From assembly GCA_951406725.2 (NCBI GenBank), contig OX597814.1:9982001-10046000 (forward strand): 64,000 nucleotides of DNA, given 5' to 3'. Below the pieces are notes generated by a model. It did not search any database. It was not told where the DNA came from and was given only the letters and a program-made list of their open reading frames with translations. Made by a program: the position numbers and the translations under genes. This stretch comes from Octopus vulgaris (lineage: Eukaryota). This document shows positions 55,300 through 64,000 of this stretch, one piece after another; within the stretch, counting starts at the first letter, position 1, and the number at the start of each line of letters is the position of its first letter.

Positions 55300-55590
55300 A
55301 GTGAAGGTGCGTGGTTTAGTGGTTAGAGTATTCAGCTCACGATCGAAAGGTCGTGAGTTCAATTCCCGGCGACGTAAGCCACTTTATTTCACGTTGCTCC
55401 AGTCCACTCAGCTGGCAAAAATGAGCATTACTTGTATTGTCACATTCTGTGTCACGCTGAATCTCCCTGAGAACTACGTTAAGGGCACACGTGTCTGTGG
55501 AGTGCTCAGCCACTTGTATAATGATTTCATGAGCAGGCTGTTCCGTTGATCGGATCAACGGATCGGAACCCTCGTTCGTCGTAACAGAAG
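55300..55590 (+). mobile_element. SINE with a different tRNA-like head and body but the family C tail
   Basis: Head tggtttagtggttagag..gagttcaattcc, body cactttatttcacgttgctccagtccactcagctg, then the tail tgtgtcacgctgaatctccctgagaactacgttaaggg shared with family C. Confidence 0.8.
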
Positions 55591-55986
55591 TGGTAGTCAG
55601 CAGAACCAGAAGCAGACCTCGATGTGTGCGTGGATAGATGGAGTGAGGAAAGCTTTGGTGGTTAGAGGTGTTGGAGTGAGAGCGGCAAGAGAGTTTATAA
55701 ATGATAGGAAAGCTTGGAGAGTGTTTGTGGACGGATGAGTGAATTTGATGTTGCTCAAAGGGGTACGGAACCAGTATGATACGACGCGGGGTAAAGCAGC
55801 ATATGCTGTCGGGCCCCGCTTGTGATATCGGAGGTTGATTTTTCTATGCCTTGACCCAAGCATAGGACGGGACTCGCCTCTTTGAGCTGGGAAATGAATG
55901 GAATGCCTGGTGTGTGTCTTGTTCTGGCTACCCCCTCCTATGGGGAATAGGCCTTGGAAAATAATAAAAAGATATGTATGTATGTA

Positions 55987-56287
55987 TATCACGTGACCGA
56001 CCAGACCATCAGATGTTGTTACACATCGCTGGTCACAATGCGTTCGCATTGTTTTAGCCTTCGAGTGACGCCACAACGCTGGCTAAGCGAGCAGGCCAAC
56101 AGAAGAAAGAGTGGGAGAAAAAGTGGTGAAAGAGTGCAGCAGGGATCAGCAACCCCTGCCGGAGCCTCGTGGAGCTTTTTAGATGTTTTCGCTCAATAAA
56201 CACACACAACGCCCGGTCTGGGAATCGAAACCGCGATCCTGCGACCGCGAGTTCGCTGCCCTAACCACTAGGCCATTGCGCCTCCAC
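55987..56287 (-). mobile_element. SINE with the family C head and body but an unrelated tail
   Basis: Minus strand matches family C through ctctttcaccact, then continues ggcctgctcgcttagccagcg..catctgatggtctggtcggtcacgtgata. Confidence 0.85.
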
Positions 56288-57039
56288 ATGTATGCATATA
56301 TGATGTCTATACACATAGACTCATGAGTGAGGAGTGTGGTATAACCTTTTCTGTACAGTTTATATATAATGGCCGTTACTGGTTTTTACCCCAAACTCTC
56401 GGCCACCTCAGGTTGCCCTATTAATGGTTATCGCTGGCTTTTTAAAGCGTTGTTACATATTTTTAAGGGCTATCGGAGTCTACATTTTCTCATGTGATAT
56501 TTCCTTTTGGAAAACGTTGTGATGGTTTCCAAAGAGGACTATATCTACTCTAGGACTTTAAAAGTGAGCGATGCAGGTAGTTACTGCCACCACCTGCATT
56601 ATACAAGCATACAAATGTTGGTGGATGTTCTAAGTTTCAAAGCGTTTTGGGTGTTCGGTTTAAACAGACTAGGAAGTACTGATTTGAAGGAGATTTAGCT
56701 GCTATTTCTAAAAGATCGAATAACCGCTTTGAGCTTCTTCCATTTAGTCGTAGCTCCCTCATTGATTCGATAGTGAATTGCCATTTTACTGGTATTTAAA
56801 CTTTCATGGAAATTATAAAAAAGGGTGAAGACAACAATATAAATATAAATAGAGTAAATTATTGTTTATCAAGAAAAATCAAATAAGTGTCTAGATGCTC
56901 GTGTGAAGCATTCATTTTTTTTATTTCTAAAATGTATACTTATGAAAATTACATCTATTTTAAAAATTATATACATGCATGTGTGTATATGAGTGTGTGC
57001 GTGTGCGCGTGCATGTGCATGTATATGTCTGCTTATCTG

Positions 57040-57122
<83 letters not shown>

Positions 57123-57222
57123 CTACATGCATACGTATATACATATACGTATATACACATATATACGTATATACACGCACTTATACATGCATACTTATGA
57201 TATATGTGTGTGTATGTGTGTA

Positions 57223-57292
<70 letters not shown>

Positions 57293-58024
57293 TGTGAGTG
57301 TGTGTATATGTGTGTCTGTTCTTGCAGGGTTTTGTACTGAAGACGCTGCTACTGTTTTTCGAGTTAATTACTATTTCCCTAATTTTATCTTTATTCGCAT
57401 ACAAATAGACGTTGCCATTAGGAAATTAAGCGGATTATTTATGGCCTCACCACTAGCGCTGGTGACATGGTACGAATTTCTGACCTCTTCAGTCATATTC
57501 AGGAAGCTTATGAAAACCGGTCATCTGTGTTCTCTCTCTTTTTCCTTTCTCTCCTCTCATACACAGAATCTCATGGTTTCGTATGTATGTATGTATGTAT
57601 GTATGTATGTATGTATGTATGTATGTATGTATGTATGTATGTGTGTATTATATATGTATGTATGTATGCATGTATGTATGTATGTATGTATGTATGTATG
57701 CATGTATGTATGTAGGTATGTATGTATGTATGTATGTATGTATGCATGCATGCATGTATGTATGTATGTATGTATGTATGTATGTATGTATGCATTATGT
57801 ATGTATGTATTATGCACGTATGTATGTATGTATTATGTATGTATGTATGTATGTATGCATGTATGTATGTATGTATTATGTATGTATGTATGTATGTATG
57901 TATGTATGCATGCATGTATGTATGTATGCATGCATGCATGTATGTATGTATGTATGTATGCATGTATGTATGTATGTATGCATTATGTATGTATGTATGT
58001 ATGTATGTATGTATGTATGTATGT

Positions 58025-58438
58025 AGGTGTGTGCTACGAATCTTGCTTCTCAACCACATGATTCAGAGTTCAGTCCCTCTGCGTGGAACCTTGGGCAAGT
58101 GTCTTCCACTATAGCCTCGGGCCGACCAATGCCTTGTCAGTAGATTTGGTAGATGGAAGCTGAAAGAATCCCGCCGTATATATATTTATGTGTGTGTCTT
58201 TGTGTCTGTGTTTCTTCCCCCCCCCACACACACACGTACACACCATATTCGTTTAACAACCGATTTTCGTGTCTTTATGTCCTCTGTAACTAAGTGGTTC
58301 AGCAAAAGAGACCGATAGAATAAATACTAGGCTTACAATGAATAAGTCCTGCTGTTGATTGCTTCGATTGAAAACCCTTTATGGCCGCAACTAAAATCAT
58401 TGAAATAAATCAAAGAATAAAAGAATATGTATATGTAA

Positions 58439-58533
<95 letters not shown>

Positions 58534-58643
58534 CGCAGTGGTGGTTGTGTGGTAAATAGCTTGCTTACCAACCGCATGGTCATGGGTTCAGCTTCTACTA
58601 TAGCTTCGGGCCGACCAAACCCTTGTAAGTGGATTTGGTAGAC

Positions 58644-58679
<36 letters not shown>

Positions 58680-58880
58680 ATGTTTGTGTGTCTGTGCTTG
58701 TCCCCCCCCCCAACATTGCTTGACAACCGATGTGTTTATGTCCCCGTAACTTGGCGGTTCGGCAAAAGAGACCGATAGAATAAGTACTAGGCTTACAAAG
58801 AATAAGCTCTGGGGTCGATTTGCTCGATTAAAGGTGGTGCTCCAGCATGGCCACAGTGAAATGACTGAAACAATTAAAAT
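58025..58880 (+). mobile_element. Two consecutive SINE family A copies (~58025-58428, ~58532-58880)
   Basis: Collinear matches to 43129-43550 with deletions, separated by (TA)n. Confidence 0.85.
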
Positions 58881-58896
58881 ATATATTAAAAATAAG

Positions 58897-58953
<57 letters not shown>

Positions 58954-59627
58954 TGCGTATATATGTATCTTGTATAAATGTTTATTGATGTGTATGTGTG
59001 TCAGTTTGAAAACACATAGGTACATCCACGCCGAGATACATGCACAGCACAGATGCTTCTATTGCTTATCCATCTGTTGTTTAAAATCAATTTTATTCAA
59101 CCGAACATAACTACGTACATCTTGCAATGCTAAATGACCAGTGTCATTATCCTAAACTAATTTATGGGCTTAGCTACACTAATTTATGTGCTTAATGCTT
59201 ATTTAGACGACCAATACTCACTGTCACACAGTAAAGGAAACTGCAGTTCAAGGGAAAGTATTAAACGTAGCATTTGGAGGTCAAATTAGAAGGGACGATC
59301 TGGTGAGTAGTCTTTTGTAGTTAAGATCAAGGGTGAGGAAAGAATGGTGGTCTGCGTCGATAAATATGATACAGTAAAGTTTGTAACATTTGTTAAGGTA
59401 GCGAATTGGCAGATACGTTAGAGCGTTCTGTACAATACCTTAGAGTATTGTACACAACGTGGGTTCAAGTCCCGCTGCAGTAAACTTTACTTTCGCCTTC
59501 GAGAAGAATGTACTATCTAGAGTGATGGAAGTGACTTAGAGTTCTGATTTCATATATATAATGATTGTAAATTGATTCCATTATCGGGTTGTATGTATGT
59601 ATGTATGTATGTATATATATATAGACC

Positions 59628-61106
59628 TATAGACCTATCTCTCTGACCTCACACATCAGCAAGGTCATGGAACGAATAGTCAGAAGGAAGCTGATCACCT
59701 TCCTTGAAGAGAATGACTTGCTGCCCGACACCCAACATGGTTTCCGACCAGGGAGAAGCTGTTTAACTCAGCTCCTACAACACTATGACTGGGTGCTGAA
59801 ACGGCTGCTCAACCACTCAAATGTGGAAGTGATATATCTCGACTTTGCGAAGGCCTTTGATAAAGTCGATCATGGAATGATATGTCACAAACTGCGTGAT
59901 CTCAACATAGTTGGAAAACTGGGAGAATGGCTTCATGACTTTCTGAAGGATAGAAGTCAGGTGGTAGTAGCCAATGGGGCCACCTCCATTAACACACAAA
60001 TAGTGAGCGGTGTTCCGCAGGGCACTGTTCTGGGACCACTACTGTTCATAATGGCCCTCTCAGACATGCCCTCAGCCACGCAGAGAGCCACGATCACAAG
60101 TTATGCAGATGATACAAAAGTTTCACAGGCAATACAGAACCCTGAGGACACTAAACACCTGCAATGTGAGCTGGACGAAATATACAAGTGGGCTGAAAAG
60201 AATAGCATGCAGTTCAATGCTGGAAAGTTTCAAGCTTTATACTATCAGCATGCAAAACTGAATGCAATACCCAATGAATACACTGGACCCGGAGGGATTG
60301 CAATCCCAGAGGCACAATCAGTGCGTGACCTGGGTATTCACATGAGTGATGACGCGACCTTTCATGTACATGTTGCTAAACTGACAATGAAATGTAGACG
60401 GCTGGCTGGCTGGATTCTTAGAACCTTTAGAACAAGAGAACAAAAAACCATGATGGTCCTCTGGAAGACACTTGTCCTAAGCCACTTTGACTATTGCTCT
60501 CAGCTATGGTCACCATCCAGTGTCAAGTTGATCACAGAACTTGAGGCGATCCAACGAAGCTACACAAAGAAGATAGCCTCTATGCAGAATGTAAGCTACT
60601 GGGAAAGACTCAAGAGATTAAAATTATATTCTCTGGAGCGTAGGCGGGAAAGATATGCCATAATATACATCTGGAAGATCCTGGAGGGAAGTGTCCTGAA
60701 CTTTGGCATCGAGAGTTACGCAAATGCCAGAACTGGGCGCCACTGCGTGGTGCCTAGGACTCCAAACCTGCCATCAAGATGTAGGACAAGATTCTGTGAT
60801 AGCCTGGGCTTCCGAGGCCCACAGCTCTTCAATATCCTCCCGAAGAACCTGAGAGACCTGCATGGGGTGGATACAGATGTCTTTAAAATGAAGCTGGATC
60901 TCTTCCTGTCAGGTGTCCCAGATGAACCAACTTCACGGCAGGAGGGGCAGATGAGGGCAGCTGCATCGAACTCTCTCATGCACCAAATAGCAGTTGCTAG
61001 AAAGCCTCCATGAAGTGAAACCAAGTAGCAACACCAAATGGCGGTGCCCCAGCATGGCCACAGCTCATAAGCTGAAACTAGAATCAATCAATCAATCAAT
61101 CAATCA

Positions 61107-61107
<1 letters not shown>
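59628..61107 (+). mobile_element. 5'-truncated CR1-group (CR1/L2-related) LINE with (AATC)n tail, inserted in a TA tract
   Basis: Begins at YRPISLTSHISK, with an uninterrupted RT frame, a short 3' UTR with a stem-loop, and (aatc)n at ~61082-61107. Confidence 0.92.
59667..61013 (+). CDS. Non-LTR reverse transcriptase (ORF2 C-terminal half; endonuclease domain lost by 5' truncation)
   Basis: QHGFRPGRSC, YLDFAKAFDKVDH, GVPQGTVLGPLLF, YADD, RDLGI, LEAIQR and LYSLERRRER; 448 aa without stops. Confidence 0.93.
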   Translation: MERIVRRKLITFLEENDLLPDTQHGFRPGRSCLTQLLQHYDWVLKRLLNHSNVEVIYLDFAKAFDKVDHGMICHKLRDLNIVGKLGEWLHDFLKDRSQVVVANGATSINTQIVSGVPQGTVLGPLLFIMALSDMPSATQRATITSYADDTKVSQAIQNPEDTKHLQCELDEIYKWAEKNSMQFNAGKFQALYYQHAKLNAIPNEYTGPGGIAIPEAQSVRDLGIHMSDDATFHVHVAKLTMKCRRLAGWILRTFRTREQKTMMVLWKTLVLSHFDYCSQLWSPSSVKLITELEAIQRSYTKKIASMQNVSYWERLKRLKLYSLERRRERYAIIYIWKILEGSVLNFGIESYANARTGRHCVVPRTPNLPSRCRTRFCDSLGFRGPQLFNILPKNLRDLHGVDTDVFKMKLDLFLSGVPDEPTSRQEGQMRAAASNSLMHQIAVARKPP

Positions 61108-61187
<80 letters not shown>

Positions 61188-61239
61188 TATGTATAATTAA
61201 TATAAATAAACAATTAATTCAAATAAACGAATAAAATTA

Positions 61240-61370
61240 ATGGAGAAGAGGACGTGCCCAAGAAATGTATTAACTTGACGCTGAGGGAAAAGAGAGAGTT
61301 TGACGTTTCGAGCATTGCTCTTCATCGAAGAAAGGGAAAACCCAAAGAAGGAAAGGAAATCGCCAAAATG
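61240..61370 (-). mobile_element. Second, diverged copy of the 46069 hammerhead-bearing module
   Basis: Minus strand: UCGAUGA-a-gagc-aat-gctc-GAAACGUC (~61302-61328), followed by ttttccctcagcgtcaagttaatac, matching 46194-46215. Confidence 0.55.
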
Positions 61371-61714
61371 GATATAAATATATCCACCAATGTCTGAAGT
61401 GAACTACAGAGAATGTACACTTGATAATGTTTTCGAATGGAATTATGTAAAATACTTCAAATCTTATAAATTCAATAATTCCATGCGCTATGTGGTTGTG
61501 GAGTGTCGAGATTAAAATTCTCTAACAGTAATCCTATTCAACATTGTAAACTTGAACTTTTAGCCTATTAGCTATAGTGCACCTCAACGATGCAACATGT
61601 TGTACCAGTAAAATAATTGGGTTATAAATTTTCTGTAGGATATAAAGTGTCATAAAAAGTGAGATATCACGCTATGTCCATAACTGCAGATACGCCGTTC
61701 GAAACTTATAAGGG

Positions 61715-61809
61715 TTTACCTTGGTTAAGTGTCTTCTACTATAGCCTCGGTCCAACCAAGGCCTTGTGATTGGATTTGGTAGACGGAAGAAACTCATACA
61801 CACACACAC

Positions 61810-61886
<77 letters not shown>

Positions 61887-62075
61887 TGTATTTGTGTGTC
61901 TGTGTTTGTCCCTCCACCATCGCTTGACAACCGATGTTGGTGTCTTTACGTTCCCGTAACCTGTAGAATATGTACTAGGCTTACAAAGAATAAGTCCTGG
62001 GGTCGATTTGTTCGACTAAAGGGGGTGCTCCAGCATGGCCGTAGTCAATGACTGAAGCAAATTAAAGTGTTGAAG
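61715..62075 (+). mobile_element. SINE family A, 5'-truncated
   Basis: accttggttaagtgtcttctactatagcc...ggtgctccagcatggccgtagtcaatgactgaa. Confidence 0.85.
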
Positions 62076-62751
62076 AATAAAAAAATAAATATATAACATA
62101 CACAATCTCACCCCACACATACAATATGTATGTGTGTGTGTGTGTCTGTGTGTGTGTGTGCAAAAGTAAGAGATGTGAGTTAGATAATATGGACAGGGGG
62201 AAGGGGCTGGGAGGATGAAAGTAGGGTGGAGTTGTCAGTAAGAAACAATTGTTGTCTTTGGAGAAGACCTAAACGTTGAAAGAAAGCAGCACCTTCAGAT
62301 TACACTAACAGAAACGGCCAGTAAACAGACGAGTAAGAATTAAACAAATATACATATAAGTAGCAAAACAATGTAAACATAAAACTTCATCATCATCATC
62401 ATCAACAGTACCAACCGCAACAACAGGAAAAAATAACAATTTAATAATAATGATAACAATAAACGAAAATAAATGGCGCAAATAATGTAACAATCAAAAT
62501 CATTTTAGAAGAATTAAAAGTGTGTAAACAGGAGGTTTCCCCTCCTCAGATAAAAAACTGTTTCGTGTGAACTGTGATAACAGACAAACTGTGCTGTTCT
62601 TTAACTTCCAGTTCCAGGCGAGGCAGTTTCCAGGCCACGTCTGTCTGTGTGACTTCTGTTGTTTTTTTTTTATATCTGTAGTTGATATCTGACTTATGTC
62701 TAGAAGAAAGTGGTAGTGGTGGTGGTGGTGGTGGTGGCGGTGGATGACGAT

Positions 62752-63136
62752 GGAAGCACTCCGTCGGTTACGACGACGACGAGGGTTCCGGTTGATCCGA
62801 ATCAACGGAACAACCTGCTCGTGAAATTAACGTGTAAGTGGCTGAGAACTCCACAGACACGTGCACCCTTAACGTAGTTCTCGGGGATATTCAGCGTGAC
62901 ACAGAGAGTGACAAGGCCGACCCTTTGAAATACAGGTACAACAGAAACAGGAAGTAAGAGTGAGAGAAAGTTGTGGTGAAAGAGTACAGCAGGGATCACC
63001 ACCATCCCCTGCCGGAGCCTCGTGGAGCTTTAGGTGTTTTCGCTCAATAAACACTCACAACGTCCGGTCTGGGAATCGAAACCGCGATCCTATGACCGCG
63101 AGTCCGCTGCCCTAACCACTGGGCCATTGCACCTTC
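62752..63136 (-). mobile_element. SINE family C, full length with 11-bp TSD
   Basis: TSD tggatgacgat at 62741-62751 and 63137-63147. Confidence 0.95.
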
Positions 63137-63569
63137 TGGATGACGATAATGATAACGATAATGGTGGTGGTAGTGGTGGTGGTGGTGGTGGTGGTGGTAG
63201 GGGTGATGATGACGTCGACGACAACGATTAGGGTGGGTGTAGTAATGTTGATGATGAGGATGCTGATGTCAGCGGTGATGATGACAATAATTATGATGAT
63301 AAAAAAGGCGGATGAAGTCGAAAAACTATTAGCGTGATGGTAAATGGTGATGACGAAAATGGTCTTCATCACGATGACAATGATGATCATGATGACGATG
63401 ATGATGATGCTGATGCTGATGACGGACGATGACAACAAGATGATGATAATGAGGGTGACGACGACGATGATGACGATGATGACGATGATGACGATGTTGA
63501 TGAAGATGAGCATTACGGCAATAATTATTATTATAGTGATCAATAATTATAATTTCCAATTTTGGAATA

Positions 63570-64000
63570 GTGCTAATTATTTTATCGACCCCGGATGAAA
63601 AGCATAATCGACCAGAGTAATTTGAACTCAGAACGTACAGACGGACGAAATACCTATTTCTATTTCTTTACTACCCACAAGGGGCTAAACACAGAGAGGA
63701 CAAACAAGGACAGACAAACGGATTAAGTCGATTACATCGACCCCAGTGCGTAACCGGTACTTAATTTATCCGAAAGGATGAAAGGCAAAGTCGACCTCGA
63801 CAGAATTTGAACTCAGAACGTAACGGCAGACGAAATACCTATTTCTTTCCTACCCACTAGGGGCTAAACACAGAGAGGACAAACAAGGACAGACAAAAGG
63901 ATTAAGTCGATTACATCGACCCCAGTGCGTAACTGGTATTTAATTTATCGACCCCGAAAGGATGAAAGGCAAAGTCGACCTCGGTGAAATTTGAACTCAG
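63570..64000 (-). mobile_element. Head-to-tail multimer of family B SINE units (~185-bp period), running off the window end
   Basis: Junction gaaatacctatttc at 63647-63660 and 63832-63845. Confidence 0.9.

Noticed and set aside
55597-56076. 159-aa minus-strand ORF
   Set aside because: Starts inside a SINE tail and has no recognisable motif; probably an unclassified repeat fragment.
60716-61087. Antisense 123-aa ORF over the LINE
   Set aside because: Shadow ORF of the RT coding strand.

Overview
AT-rich, microsatellite-saturated animal DNA. The SINE families and (TA)n/(TACA)n/(AAT)n load suggest an octopus or other coleoid cephalopod (inference, no database check). No host protein-coding gene could be supported, and nearly all listed ORFs are microsatellite artefacts. 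The window is a transposable-element mosaic. It holds dozens of tRNA-derived SINEs in at least three families with swapped heads and tails, a young 5'-truncated CR1-group LINE with an intact 448-aa RT ORF (59667-61013), a decayed Penelope-like element (RT + GIY-YIG, ~29095-30613), and Tx1/L1, Tigger, Tc1/mariner and hAT remnants. The most interesting signal is a set of short non-coding modules carrying type I hammerhead-ribozyme (HHR) motifs with Penelope-style inverted ends. One has an intact canonical HHR core (41123-41199) and sits inside a SINE's internal (TA)n tract at two loci. Another fuses a Pol III tRNA-like promoter to an HHR-bearing tail (8000-8440), making it a candidate Penelope-mobilised, ribozyme-bearing SINE. 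Two SINE-LINE tail partnerships are also visible directly in the window. All coordinates and alignments were read by eye, so boundaries of degenerate elements are approximate.
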